NCBI RefSeq assembly: GCF_009914755.1
Contig: NC_060925.1
Source: the human T2T-CHM13v2.0 reference genome, Homo sapiens
DNA: 64,000 bases
Strand: one strand, 5' to 3'
Part shown: positions 1 through 19,909 of the stretch, piece by piece
Numbering within the stretch: position 1 is the first letter of the stretch
Layout of the letters: each line of letters starts with the position of its first letter
Translations under genes and position numbers: made by a program
The notes under the pieces: generated by a model
Told to the model about the DNA's origin: nothing
The model's database searches: none
What the model saw: the letters and a program-made list of their open reading frames with translations, nothing else

Positions 1-232
1 ACTGTGGAAACAACAAAAACAGGCACAGTTGAGAGGGCAGAGGGCAGTACTGTCCTCAGAGGAGAGAGCCAGGCATTGTTTCAAACAAGGTGGTAAAGGG
101 AGGGGTTCAGAGAAGAGGTTGAGGATGTAGGGCATTTCACTGTTTGGTGATGAATTGTAAGTACTTTGAGGTTAGGAGCTGAGTTATAATCATCTTTGTA
201 TTCCTTTCAGAGCAGTGCTTATATGTAGTAAG

Positions 233-522
233 TTTTTTTAAGAGACAAGGTCTCACTTAGTCACCCAGGCTGGAGCAAAGTGACATGGTCATAGCTCACT
301 GCAGCCTCGGACTCCTGGGCTCAAGTGAGCCTCCCACTTCAGCCTCCCAAGTAACAAGTACCCCAGGCGTGCGTCACCATGCCAGGCTAATTTGTAAATT
401 TTTTGTGGAGGTGGTGTCTTGCTATATTCTCTAGGCTGGTCTTGAATTCCTGGGCTCAAGTGATCCTCCCACCTTGGCCTCCAAAAGTGCCAGGATTACA
501 GTTGTGAGCCCCTGCGCCGGCT
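233..522 (-). mobile_element. Alu (AluJ-like)
   Basis: Reverse-complement Alu dimer. Confidence 0.9.
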
Positions 523-591
523 GTAATACATTTTTTGTCAATGCTTGTGTTTGGTAAATAAATATTGAATGCATAAATGGGAAAGAATTAA

Positions 592-992
<401 letters not shown>

Positions 993-1448
993 TAGTAATT
1001 TCTTTTAGTAGTTTTCAGTTTATAATCCCAGGGTTTAAATCTCATATATTAGTTGACATAGGAAAAAGTCATCCTTCTGGGAAAGGGGGAGAATGCCCAA
1101 ATCTTTATAGAGCACTTTTTAAAATAAAGAGATTCAAAATAATGATAACAATTATTCAACAACCACCATCATTAGGAAAGTTTATTGTATTTTAAAAAAG
1201 TAAACACTAGATGATACCTGCAAAGAGTTCTTTCAACTATTTAAGAATACAGGGTATTATTATTATTTCCATTTCCACTTAAGAAAATAGATTAATCATT
1301 TGCTCAAGGTCACACAGTAAATAAAGGGCAAACATGGGGACCAGGACTCAGGGCTTCACACTAGCAATGCTCCTTCTTTGAGCATTGCCACAATTGAATC
1401 CCAAAGGTACTGGAGCAGGAGTTGTGGTAAGGAGGTTACAGGGCTTAG

Positions 1449-1883
<435 letters not shown>

Positions 1884-2412
1884 TAATTTCTTCCTCCTTT
1901 TAATTTTATTATTATCAATTTGTTTTCCTTTATCCTCTTGTCTCTCTTGTCCTCTCCAGTGGCATGATGATGTTGTCTGCCATATCTTTAGTTTTAACTT
2001 AGCGGAGTAATATGTAACATGAAAGAACATAAAAGAGATGTTTGAAAACAATACTGGGAATTCATATTTACCAAGTACTACGAAATATGTGACAAAGCCT
2101 TCTCAGATTTGTTTATCTGATCCTTTTCTTAAGCTACTTGTTTGTATGATAGAGAAAAAAAGTTCCATTAACGGCATACTGGAAGCAGCAGTTTTCCAAT
2201 TATTATGAGGAGTTGACACCTCTGTGCCTGTGTCTAGGCTAATTTAGTCTGGACTGTTAACAAAATGAATCAGTAGTCCATATGAAGACCTTCCTGGCTG
2301 TTTTTAAGCTACCGCTGAAAATCAGACAGATAAAATGTATTTATATTTTTTACAATTAGGAGTTGAAGTTATATTCTGTAATATTAAAATATTTTTTTCT
2401 TTACGATTTTAG

Positions 2413-2481
2413 ACCAGTCTGCTTAGTTTTAAGTGAAATTCCTTTTATGTCTACTTGGTTTTTACTTGTGTCAACATTTAG
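2413..2481 (+). CDS. ALG6: ALG6 antepenultimate coding exon (69 nt): [22 protein letters not shown]
   Basis: tttag acceptor (AG 2411-2412) and GTAAGT donor at 2482; phase 2-2; joins in frame (AG|T = Ser) to the next exon; the peptide matches the recalled ALG6 alpha-1,3-glucosyltransferase sequence. Confidence 0.95.
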
Positions 2482-2584
2482 GTAAGTCATATCAATTTCC
2501 ATATATTTTCAGTATAATTCTTGTAAACTAATTTAAAACTTTTTTATGAAGTGGTTATGGTTTGAATTGATAATTCTCTTGTGA

Positions 2585-2827
<243 letters not shown>

Positions 2828-2889
2828 TGACACATTTTTCAGCATGTCACTATTTTAAAAAATTATTGAAGTAGTGATTTTCTTTTATA

Positions 2890-6150
<3,261 letters not shown>

Positions 6151-6454
6151 GTCTACTCATAAAGTTCATATATTTAAGGCATATCACATTACATTCAAGG
6201 CTAAAATGCTAGATTGCAATGTATTTGAGGTCAAGAACTCTGCATTTTATACATGCCATTTTATCTGTAGCATCTATCAGTGCCTCACAAAGAATAGGTG
6301 CTCTGATTTTTGTTTGTTGAATGAATGAATATTCATCTAATTATTATAATGAAAAATTAGAGGCAGCTCAATTATCCAGTAGTTGAAAAATGATACATGA
6401 ATAAGTATATAAGCTCCACGGAATATTTGACAACTACTACAAATGTTATGAAGT

Positions 6455-6920
<466 letters not shown>

Positions 6921-7359
6921 CAACAGGCTATACTTATTTATATTTTTGAGTACTACATAGAGGATTGCCCAAAGTACCCAGATAACAAAGAGAAAAGAAT
7001 GACTAACTCTATTAGGGGAGTGTAGGGGAAGGTTTCAAAGGAGATATTTTATATTTAGATCTTGTAGGAAGACAAGGCAGGTATTCTCAGGGCAGAGTTG
7101 AATGGGTGTCCTGAGGGTTTTGCACTTTAGGTAATGACCATGGAGGATAGTGGTGTGGGAGGTAGGAAGTTAAGAGGTGAACAGGAAAGACAAGGAGAGG
7201 ATTAACTTTACTCAGGGGTTCAAATGGAAAGTAGATATAAAGTTCATTTTTTGTTAGTATAGGCCCAGATTCCTGAGTGTATGTCAAAATCTAGCCCTAT
7301 TGTGATATTCACAATCTGGTCCAGTAATCTTAAGGTGAGGACCGCTATGGGCTCCCAGA

Positions 7360-8880
7360 TTTATTTGTTCTTTAATAGTTTTTGAGCACTTACTATATGC
7401 AAGCATTGTTCTGGAGGCTGAGGATACGGTAGTGACCAAAACTAACAGAAATCCCTGCTCCCATGGAGGTTGCATTCTAGTGGAGAAATCCAGCACCAGC
7501 ATATGTAAAATATATGGCATGTCAGAGGGTGATAAGTGCTATGGAGAACAACAAAGCAAGGGAGAAATCGATATGATATGCAGGAGGGATGAATGCAATT
7601 TTAAAGTGGCAGGGCTTTCTTGAGCAAAGAACCAAAGGAAGTAAACTGCAGATAATTGAGGGTAGAACATCCTAGAAGAGAAAAACTGCAAATGCAGTGA
7701 ACATCATGGAGGTCATAGTGATTGGAGCTGGGTGAGGGAAAGAAATAATAGGACCTAAGATTAGAGAGGTAACAGTGTAGTTTCTTATAATGGGACTAGA
7801 ATCTGACTTACATTTTTAAAAGGTCCCTATGGTAGCTATGTGGAGAACAGATTGTGGATAATGGAATCCATGAGATGATGGTGCTGTGGACCAGGGTAGC
7901 AGTGGAAGTGGTTAGAAATGGTCAGATTTTTTATATATTTTGAAGGTAGAGCCAACAGGAATTGCTGGGGTTGTGAAAGAGAGGTGTTCAAGATGACTCC
8001 AAGGTTTTTGGCATACATAACTGAATGGGTGGGGTTGCCATTTACCGAATTGGAGGAAGCATGTTGAAGGAACTTTGTGTGTGGTGGGGGCAGTCGGGAG
8101 TATGAGGAGACCAAGAGTTTTTTACATGTTTAGTTTTAGATACCTATTAGATATCCAAGTAGAGATATTAAGAAGTACCTGGATATATGAGTCCAGAGTT
8201 TAGCGCAAGCTTGTCCAATCTGCAACTGAAGCTGGCTTTGAATGCAGTGCAATACAAATTCATAAACTTCTTAAAACCTGGAGTTTTTTTGCGATATTTT
8301 TAAAAACTCATCAGCTATCGTTAGTGTTGGTGTATTTTATGTGTGGCCCAAGATAATTCTTCTTTTTCCAGTGTGGCCCAGGGAAGCCAAAAGATTGGAC
8401 AACCCTGGTTTAGGGGAAAGGGCCAGGCTGGAGACGAAGTTGAGTCTTTACATATAGTTGGTAATTAAAGTCATATTACTGGATGACTCACTAAGGGTAT
8501 GAGTATAGATTAATAAGAGGAATAGGTACGAAGCCCCAGAATGCAGACGTAGGGGACATGAGGAACCAGCAAAGATGTCTAAGAATTAACTGGGTGAGAT
8601 AGGAGAACCAGAAGAGTATGATGTCATGGAAGCCAAGTGAACGAAGTGTTTCAGTGAGAGGAGAGTGATTTCAAATGCTAATGAGAGAATCAAGTAAGGC
8701 AGTAAGAACTGACCATGGGATTTACTACACTGGAGGTCATTATGGATGTTTGACTATAGCAGTTTCATCGTGATTAGGGTGAAAGCCCAATTGGTATGGG
8801 TTCACTAGTGAATGGGATGAAGACTGGACACAGCATGTTTATAGGCAACTGTTTTGGGAAACAAGTGTAAATAGGAGCAG
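7360..8880 (-). mobile_element. L2 fragment with a MER30-like DNA element inserted (~8203-8408)
   Basis: L2 3'-end signature tttgagcacttactatatgc; MER30 motif gggaagccaaaagattggac. Confidence 0.75.
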
Positions 8881-10484
8881 ACAAATGGGGTAATAGTTGG
8901 AGCAAGAGAGGGTTTTTGTTCTGTTTAACACTGACTCAAGATCGTGGTATTATGACATTTCAACCAGTCCCATATTTCTTAAGTTTGAAACTTTTATTTT
9001 AAAGATTTCATTCCAGATGTTTGCACTTCCCACTAAGGTTGCCTCAGGAATTTTTCCTTTAACGACACTGGCAGCCTTTGTTTGTATCTGCTTGTAAGCT
9101 TTCTTGGCGCCTATCCTCGCTTTTCCATTTGGAATGATCACTGCATTACTCTCTATTTAGATCTTACCAATACTGTCATAATGTAGCCAGCAGTTAAGGC
9201 ATCCTTTAGGGTTCTGTGTCCCACCCACTTCATGGAAGTCACTACTGTTTCTCACTGCTTTCTACATTTATTTATACTGCTTTTGTATACCTGTGTACTG
9301 TGCTAGGGATAAAATGAGTAAGATCTTGCTGGTCTTTGTCTTAAAGGAGCTCACAGTCTAGAGTCACAGTCTGTCCAGTACGGTAGCCACTAGACATATA
9401 TATAAATTTAAACTTATTAAATTTAAATAAAAATTCTGTTCCTCAGTCACAGTAAGTACATTTCAAATGCCCAATAGCCACATGTGGTTAGCAGCTACTA
9501 TACTGGAGTGCAGACAAAACATTTTCATTACTGCAGGAAGTTCTATTGTATAGCACATTGGCCTAGAGAAGACCACACTAACTGATGACCACACAACTAC
9601 AATAAATGTGCTAATTATTTTTACTACTCAGCTTGGTATTTAAGCCAGTGTGACTTTGTGATTTTATTTAACATTCCCCTCAGTAGATGGAAAACTCTTT
9701 GAGGCCAGAGGACCTCATTTTCTTTCATGTGCCTTCGTGTGCTTTACTCATTGAAAGCATTTAGCGAATATGAAATGTAATTTTCCATTTGCCATGGAAA
9801 ACTTTTTCACAGATGGGTTCTCAAGGTTAGCTTAGAATTTTAAAAATTGATACAGAATAGATGTATATATTTTGGGGGTATATGTGATAATTTGATTCAT
9901 TTATTCATTCATGTAATGCATGAAGATCAAATCGGGGTAACTGGGCTATTTATTACCTTAAAAATATGTCTTTATGCTAGGAACATTCAACTTATTATTT
10001 TCTAGCTATTTTAAAATGTACATTAATGTTAACTATATTCAGCCTACTGACCTGCCAAACACTAGGTTTTATTTCTTCTAGCTACCTATACATTTGTACC
10101 CATTAGCTTAGAATTTTATATCCTGTTGGACCCCAGGGGATGTTATAAATTTAACCCTGACTAGCATTAATATTTGTCCCAGATACCTTTGTTCAGTGCC
10201 TTGGTGGTAGGAAGTATAAGAAGACAGGGGTCCTCAGGTTTTGGCTACACATGGGAATCACTTGGAGAGCTTTAAAAAGTACTGAGGCCTGATTTAATTG
10301 GTCTGGGGTGTGATGTGGGCATTGAGATTTTAAAAACTCCTCATATGATTCTAATAGGAAGTCAAAGTTGAGATACACCAGAATAAATTAGACCCTCAAC
10401 CCTCACCTTTAATTCTGCTCATTTAATAGCTACAAGTCAATGTTTCCAGCACATTTAAATTTCACCTTTTATACTACTCAGTAA

Positions 10485-10700
<216 letters not shown>

Positions 10701-10858
10701 CTGTATTCCTAAACAAATTGTTTCCTAAACAAATGTGAAAATGTGAACAGTGCTGAAAGGTTTTGTGAACTTTTTGCTATGTATAAATGAAATTACCATT
10801 TTGAGAACCATGGAACCACAGGAAAGGAAATGGTGAAAAGTCATTGTTGTCTACACAA

Positions 10859-10864
10859 AATAAA
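10859..10864 (+). terminator. ALG6: Candidate proximal polyadenylation signal of ALG6
   Basis: AATAAA about 160 nt after the stop codon. Confidence 0.5.
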
Positions 10865-12196
10865 TGTATATGGAGACCAAAGACCAATGGAGGCTTGTCT
10901 AAGTACTGCTTGGCCAAAACATGTGGTTTTATTATTCACAGCTATTCAAGTGGGGAAAAAAGAGAAACATGTCCTTAATCCCATTGTTTACTCAGGAAAT
11001 GCACTTTTTAAATGTCTTTAAAAAACTGAGAAATATTTCTTGATATTTGCTTTGTCTAAACCTACTTCCTTCATCAGACCATATAGTGAGCTTCATGGGA
11101 GAATTGAGCCCCTTCTTTTTAATGGAAATCACTAATTTTGGTATTCAAACTTACATTTTAGAATGCAAGTAGTGTGTATTTCACTGTTTAGAAGTCATAT
11201 CTTAGGGAATTAAATTTGTGATAATCTTTTTAATTACTGAGAAGGCAATTTAAACTGCTTGAAGTTTGAATATGCCTTATTACACATGCAAATTTGATTG
11301 TTTTAACAAGGCAAATAAACCATAATCTTATTTATTTCCAAGAATGCATATTTTAATACAATTAAAAATGAATTTTCCTGAATTTAAATGTAAGCTTTAA
11401 CTTAACTTTAAGTGGTTTGAGTGAAGTCTTCTAAATTACACATAATCACTGGTTCTAAACTTCCAGAACCATTCTGTTTAATTAAACATTATATTATATA
11501 TATATTATTATTGACATGGTTCAGGGTTACCACTGCCAGAGCATTGATTCATGTTAACTTCATCCTATTAATACTGTATCACCCTGTATTAGCAGAAGCC
11601 AATATTTATTATAGTATTCAACTGGTAAAAATAATACATGATATCCATGTTGCAGTTTCTCATATAAAGATATGTTTTCTTTAGCCTCTGTAATAAAGAT
11701 AATCATTTTCCCATCAACATTTTTTAAGGAATATATTTCTTCTTTCATAAGATAGCCATTAAACTATATTAAGTGGTGGTATATTTTAATATAGTGCAAA
11801 TCAAACCACATACAAAAAAAAACTGGTTCTAGACACGGACAGTCACAGGCTGATATAAGAAGGTATGTGTTTCTAAGTCTGGTAAAGGAAGTGGGTTTAG
11901 ACAAAGCAAAAATCTAGAAAGGTTTCTTTCTCAAAGCAAATGTGCATAAAGACTCAAAGGGCAGGTCAACGCAGAATAGCAGCCTTGAATCACTGCCGAA
12001 TCAGCAAGAACATTGCTGTCCATGGTCACCATCTGTAATCACTGTGCCCAAATGTCAGCATCTTGGCTGGCTGGTGTAGCTTTATTTTTAAAAATATTTT
12101 TTGTAATAGTACACTTGTGTTTAACATAGAATGTTGACTTAGATAAATGATGAGGAAGTTATAAATAATTGGAGTAGCATAACTTTATTATTTGGA

Positions 12197-12202
12197 AATA
12201 AA
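12197..12202 (+). terminator. ALG6: Candidate distal polyadenylation signal of ALG6
   Basis: AATAAA near the end of the unique 3' UTR-like stretch. Confidence 0.55.
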
Positions 12203-14444
12203 AGTATTATGTACATATATTAGTAAAATGAAATGCACCTGATTCAAGGTATCATCTAGGTAAATTCTGTAAGGTACCATATAGGTAAATTCTTAAATCA
12301 TTTTTCAGATGATTTAATCTAATCATACTGAGTTGCACTATAGTTTTTATAGAGACTTGTAGCAGTTATCTTATAAGTATCCCTCGTATCTATTAAAAAC
12401 CGGTTTAAGAGTTTATATTGAACTTAGAGGGATTAGGTTCCAAAATACCAAAACAAAATACCAGAAACAGAGGCCAGGCACAGCGGTCTGTATTTGAGAG
12501 GCTGACACAGGATGATCGCTTGAGACCAGTGAGACACCATCTCAAAAAAAAGCAAAATATCAAAAATATCCAGTGATGAATTATCACAGAAGTAGGCAAG
12601 GTCCAAAGCATTTCTCTTAGCTAAACTCAGGGCTATAGGGATGTTTTCATATAAATACATATAGGTTATGCAAAAATATTAAAGATAGATTCCTCACTTT
12701 CTTCATTAATATACCTGTCAAAAAATAAGCCCTTCAAAGTTATGTTCAAGTACGTTTTAGATGGAGGAGGTATTTCTGAGAAATGCAGTTTTCTCAGCTG
12801 CCAAAAAACTTAGGTTTGCTTCTTAAAATGAAGAGAATAGGGTGTATGTTCATGTATCATATATGAGGCATACAGAAGTCATTTTCCCTTGAGGACTTAG
12901 TGGGGGCGAAAAATCCCCAATGTAGCATTCTGTCCAAATGATAAACCACAACAAATTGAGTGAAACATTTACAAAAGTCAGGGCAGCCAAAGGAACCTCT
13001 CTGTTCAACAGAGAGAAAGAGATGGATAGGATATAACTAAATAATGGTTAAAGTAACGCAATGGTTTCAAGTCTCAATTGGTCTCTCTTCTGTTATGTTC
13101 ATTGGAAGATCAGGGCAAGTATATCCCCTGCAACTCCCCCTCCCCTCATATAAACATTAGTTGTGTGTGTGGATCTTTCTGCTTTGTCCTTCATGTGGCC
13201 TCCAAGGGTGATAAAGTGAGAGTCATCTGATCTACAATGAAAAGAACTGGGAAATGATTCTCAGCAGACCCAGCTGTTCTAAAAGGCAAAAGCTTAGTAT
13301 ATCAAGAGGTCAAACATACAGTAACTGGTTTAATAGCATTAAGCACATACCTATATAACTTGAATTATATATGAAACCAATCTACTTCTTAACTCTGTAT
13401 TACCTGACTAACATAGATTACTTTATAAAATGTTTTGGCTTATAACCTAAGGTTAGTTTTCAATGCTATAATAATCCTTTTTTAGTATATTTTTGGTAAC
13501 ATCCTATTATAAGCACTGTATCAGAATAAATTTCTTAAACAGTATGAAGAACATAATTAATGAAGGTAATTTATATAATTTATAGTAACAGTTTTTAAAA
13601 ACCTTTCATTTTAAAAAGGTGAATCTAAAATTTCTCTAAGTGGAAAGTGAATTATTTTCTTTTTTTCTGAGATAGGTGTCTTGCTGTGTTGCCCAGTCTG
13701 GTCTTAAACTCCTGGGCTCAAGCAATCCTCCTGTTTCAGCCTCCAGAGTAGTAGCTGGGATTAAAGGCTTGTGCCATTGCACGCAGTGGAAAATTTTCAA
13801 CCTTAACTTGTTATATTTTGTTTCAGATTTTCATGTAGTTTTCATTTTTCATGATATATTCAAATGACATGGTAATATTTTCTACTAATTTTGTTAAAAC
13901 TTAGGGCAAGTACCAAAGGAGTAGCAGTTTTCCTTACAGAAATGGTCAAGAAAAGCAGAGGTTTCACTATCAAGATAACATACTCTGTGATTCCCTCCTC
14001 CCCTTTATTTTGGGAGTGACAACAAAAACATGATGATGACAGAAAACACCACAGAATAACTGAAATTTAATATTTCAAAATAATTTGGAATGGATCACAT
14101 ATTGCCCCTTAATAAAGGTCTTTTCTTTAAATTCAGTACTCTTTGTAGTTTAGTTCAAAAAAAACTTCATATTTTAAACATTTGTACTGAAAAAATACAC
14201 TCTAATATTTTATAAATGGTGTAAAATTTTAAAACCTTGAAAATGTTTTTTTCTCTATAAGCATAGGAAAATAAAAACTCACTCCTGAGATAGAGGCTAC
14301 ACAATAGACTAGATAAATCTTTAAAAAAATTTCTACAGAATCTATAAATTAATAAGCAGCTGGGGCTTTAAATGGGAAAACTGGTACTTAATTCCACTCA
14401 TCATTACATTTAATCTGAATTTCAGAAAAACACAGAGTTCTACC

Positions 14445-14783
14445 AAAGGTGCCACTTTTATACATGCTTTATTAAGTCTACCCACAAATGCTAAAAGTCC
14501 ACAGAAGTGTATGTGGTACAGAATATAAGTCAAGATCTTCCTCTCCATGTTGGCTTACATTAAAGAGCCAAGAAGAAATGTATTATTTACATTGAGATTA
14601 TCTACTGGTGCGTGTAGAAAGTTTAAATTAGCTGCAAGAAATTTTATCTAGACATGCACCTGCCAACTGCTACGAGCTGGTATTTACTGGGCAGATTAAT
14701 TACAAATATTTCTCTGTTCCTTTAAATATGATCAGGCAGATGCAGAAGTTGGTGCTCATGGTGAGTGCATTTCTTCTTAATGC
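14445..14783 (-). other. ITGB3BP: ITGB3BP terminal non-coding exon (3' UTR; 3' end approximate)
   Basis: Minus-strand acceptor tctcacag|GCATTAAG (AG 14785-14784); minus-strand AATAAA at 14473-14468. Confidence 0.85.
14468..14473 (-). terminator. ITGB3BP: ITGB3BP polyadenylation signal
   Basis: TTTATT on + (AATAAA on -), ~310 nt into the terminal exon. Confidence 0.7.
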
Positions 14784-14924
14784 CTGTGAGATATAAAAGA
14801 TAATTATATTATCAAGAATTAGTTAACATGCACGTCATACATGACTTAAGAAGTGATTTTAACACCTAATAACAATCTAGTTTGGTACCTAGTTTAGTTA
14901 GATGCTGCTGGCAACCTCTCATTT

Positions 14925-15215
14925 GCTTTTTTCTTTTGAGACGGAGTCTCACTCTCCCCCAGGCTGGAGTGGAGTGGCATGGTCTCGGCTGACTGCAACC
15001 TCTGCCTCCCGTGTTCAAGTGATTCTCCTGCCTCAGTCTCCTGAGTAGCTGGGACTACAGGTGTGTGCCACCACACCCAGCTAATTTTTGTATTTTTAGT
15101 AGAGACGGGGTTTCACTATGTTGGCCAGGCTGGTCTTGAACTCCTGACCTCGTGATCTGCCCACCTCGGCCTCCCAGAGTGCTGCGATTACAGGCATGAG
15201 CCACTGTGCCCGGCC
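14925..15215 (-). mobile_element. Alu
   Basis: Reverse-strand Alu dimer. Confidence 0.92.
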
Positions 15216-18094
15216 TTATTTGCTTTTTGATTATCTTCACTAGTAACTGTCAATATGACTACTCTGACATAGCACTCAGTATTCTTTACCTTATGTGACC
15301 ATACTTACATGAGATACTTCTCAGAGAATTTTAAAACTCCAACAGGGCCTACAGAAAACTTATTTACATGCCTTTGTCTATAAGCCTTAGGGGCCTTTCA
15401 GCAGGTGTTTCCTCCAACAGCTGCCCCCCGCCCAAAAGACAGTATTTACTATGACAGATTCCTATTCAGAATATGTCCCTCTGGGGACTCCTAGTGGTGG
15501 TAGAGGCTCATGTCTCTTCAGCCTTAGAATCCTTCTGTGAGAGAAAGCCCTTGAAGGAAGCAGCCTTTGGCAACTAATGGCATACATTACCACAGGGCAT
15601 GTGGGAAGAGATCTTTAAAAATGACCTAATAAGGCTGGGGGTGGTGGCTCATGCCTGTACTCCTAGGCCAAGGCAGAGGGACTGCTTGAGCCCAGGAGGT
15701 CAAGGATGCAGTGAGCTATGATTGCACCATTGCAGTCCAGCCAGGGCGACAGAACGAGACCCTGTCTTTAAAAAACAAAAACAAACAAACAGATAATCCC
15801 ATCCTGAGGTGATCTGTCTGCTGTGAATTCCCATAACACTGCTTATTCTTCATTTGGTACTTACAGTAGAGAATAATACTTCTCAGTCTGAAGGGGAAGA
15901 AACTTCTGTCAACTCTTCCTCTGTACTCCATGGAAGTGTGACAAATTTGATTGGCCAAAGTCCAGAACATTCATTGGTCTACATTTTACTAGTAACATTA
16001 CACAAATTCTTCCCTCCTTGTAGTTTCCCTATCACTGTCTACTCTCAATCCCAGTGGACCTTTTTTATTATAATACTTCCTAATTTCATGTAGTAGGGAG
16101 ACCAACCCATTCTATTGTGCTGACCTGCAGTCAAGCATGTAAAAGGCAGGCTTGTGGTCTTCACAGCATTAACAGTCACACGGACTTGGGGGTCTATTTA
16201 AAAGATCCAGCTTTTAGGTTCAGTAAAGTGCACAGAATTCAAGATTTAAACTTAGTGTGAGAAAGAAGAGGTTGCATTTCTGCTTTAAGGCAATCTACCT
16301 TAGTTACCCCAAGCTTCTACTAGAGAGCCTGCCATGTTGGGGGTTATCAATTCCACCACCAATCAAGTTGATACTTTGATCCTCATTGGATGCACAATCC
16401 TTGTTTGTACTTGTTATTGGCCAGAACTTAGAAGAGTCTGAACTTGTATCATTTATCATAACTTGCCTTATATTTTGTGTCCTTATTAGGTTTCAAACTG
16501 TCATAATACACAGCGCTTTGTTCATACTAAGCCTCATCCTTGTGTTACCCAAGTGATTCATCCACATTGTTACTAAAGTATCCCAATATCCCGTTATCAT
16601 TAGCCAAAATGTTTTTCTCTTCCCATCTTTTGATGGTCTTAGCACTCTGGCTGTGGCCTCTGGGTTGCTGTCACCCTTACTTTCTCTCTTATTCTAGCAT
16701 TGTTTCACAAAGGCTTCACTTTTTAAAGGCTCTGGGAGTGAATCTGTATGGGACAGTCCTCCCCACTGAACAATTACAGGTCAAGAGGAATAATCACTGA
16801 AGTGTGACAGAGGGCTGGAGCAGTTGTGCAGGTAGGGAAGTTGGCCACGGTGATATCAGGAGTACTGTCAGGTTTCTAGGGCATAAGGACAAAATCAGGA
16901 GTTTCATTCACATCCTCCCTTACGCATACCAGTCAGGCAGCTATGACAAATATACAAAAGAGCAATGAGAGAATATGGGGGAGAGGGATTTGGGGAAGCT
17001 TATGCAGAAGATGAGTTCTAAGCAGGTTTTGAAAGACGGGTAAAATTTTGACAATAATGAGGGAAAAGGCATGCTAGGTTGAGCAGACAAGACCCAAGGT
17101 AAGGACATGAGAAAGGCACTTTCTGGGGAAGGTGTCTGAGAAATGGCAAGTAATCTGGAATGAATAAGGCACAATGAAGAAACTGGAAAGGTAAGCTGTG
17201 GGCAGATCAGGGAGACTCCTGAATGTCAGTTTAAATTTGGATTTTATCATACATATGGTAGAGTGATACCTTCTAAAGCATACATTTGTCCAGTAGCAGG
17301 ATAGGCTGTAGGGGAAAGGGACCAAAGTGCAGACAGGTAGGTTACAATAGGGACAATGATAATCTGGAAGAGAGGTAATGGAGAAATAAACTGGTACAGT
17401 GGGTGTGGAAAGGAGAATTAAGCATTCTCAGAAGTAATATGATCTGGCAGCGTTTGGATGTGGGGACAAAGAGAGAGAGAATTTGACCAATGGAATGATA
17501 TAATCCCTAGAAAGGTAGAAGAAAAACATCTTTGGAGGGGAAATGATGAAATCAGTATACTTGGGGGACATTGTATGGCAGCTGAGATTGTGGGTTTATA
17601 GCCCAGGAGACTATAATAATTTGGAAACCATATACACTAAAGTGAAAAGTCAGGGAACGAAGGAGATAATGAAGGAAATGCTCAAAGTGAGATGAAAACA
17701 TGGTGAAAGGCAGAACTGAGGGAAATGCCTCAAAGGTGAAGTCACTTAATTTCACTGTCATTGCTCTTTTGCTTCTCACTGAAAGGGAAGTTGACTGGTA
17801 GCTCAACCTTAATTCTTTCCAGTTTCTTGAAAGTATTACTCAAAGACTCAAAAGAACACCCCAAAATGTGGTTATCTTTACTAAAATCCATTAACACAAA
17901 GCTATTCTCAGTACTCTGAATTCCCTGTAAGTTTATTACAGAGATTATCAAACACTAAATGTTGCACGTTCATTTACTAAATGTGTAACTGTGACGATGT
18001 ATCTATGATCACCACCTAATATGTTCTCTGTTGGATTTTCATGGGTCAGAAATTTTGTAAAATGGTAACCTTATAATGAATGAATATAAGTGTA

Positions 18095-18395
18095 TGTGGA
18101 TGGATATATATAAGATATATATATCCTATATATATATTACATATAGGATATATATATTACATATAGGATATATATATTACATATAGGATATATATGTATA
18201 TATGTACATATATGTAGGATATTACATATAGGACATATATAATCTATTACATAATAGGATATATATATATCTCCTATTACAATATATATATATCTCCTAT
18301 TACATATAGGAGATATATATATATCTCCTATTACAATATATATATATCTCCTATTACATATAGGATTTATAAGGATAATATTTATATATTATCCT
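18095..18395. repeat. AT-rich low-complexity minisatellite (TATATATTACATATAGGA-like units)
   Basis: Repeated units seen directly. Confidence 0.9.
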
Positions 18396-18682
18396 TACTT
18401 AACAGGATATAAAAACCTTGGCCAGTAGTGAAACCTGACATTCACAGATTACTACTGGGTGGTGGCAAGAGCACAGGCACTGGCACCAGACTACTCAGTT
18501 TAGTATCCTGGCCCTGTTTTAGGTGATTCTGGGACAAGGTACTTAACCTCGTTTGTGCCTCAATTGCCTTACCTATAAAATAAAAGTAATAACTGTATTT
18601 GCCTCATACGTTGTTGTGAAGATTAAATGGGATACGTATAAAGTGTTTATAACACTGCTGGCACATAGAAATTACTCAATAG

Positions 18683-18985
18683 GGCTGGGCACGGTGGCTC
18701 ATTCCTGTAATTGCAGCACTTTGGGAGGCCGAGGCAGGCAGATCACTTGAGGTTAGGAGTTCAAGACCAGCCTGGCCAACATGGTGAAACCCCATGTCTA
18801 ATAAAAATACAAACAATCAGCCGGGCATGGTGGTGCTCAACTGTAATCCCAGCTACTCGGGAGGCTGGGGCAGGAGAATCACTTGAATACAGGAGGTGGA
18901 GGTTTCAGTGAGCCGAGATCGTGCCACTGCACTCCAGCCTGAGTGACAGAGCAAGACTCCATTTCAAAAAACAAACAAAACAACA
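18683..18985 (+). mobile_element. Alu inserted in a MIR
   Basis: Alu dimer; MIR sequence upstream (~18460-18680). Confidence 0.88.
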
Positions 18986-19282
18986 GAAAGTACTCAATAA
19001 ATATTAGCTATTATTATAAGCTATTACTCACTGCAAACAACAGAATATAAGCTATTGTTACTACATACAACAGAATAAACGTTTTCATAAAAAACGGACA
19101 CAATTTTCTATATAAGATGCTTTGCAAATATTAAGACTAGCTTGTCAGGAAGCTAATATTAATCACTTGAGATACCATTTCCAAAGAAAAGTATCTTGGA
19201 GGTAGAATATAATTCTTTAATTGTGCTTTGATTTTTTTTCCCCTAAGAGATAGCAGGCAAAACACCTGGTAAGCTAAGAATT

Positions 19283-19909
<627 letters not shown>

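Larger units (their letters stand above)
10701..12225 (+). other. ALG6: ALG6 3' UTR (end approximate; several candidate polyadenylation signals)
   Basis: AT-rich, repeat-free sequence after the stop; AATAAA at 10859, ~11315, ~11692 and 12197. Confidence 0.65.
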
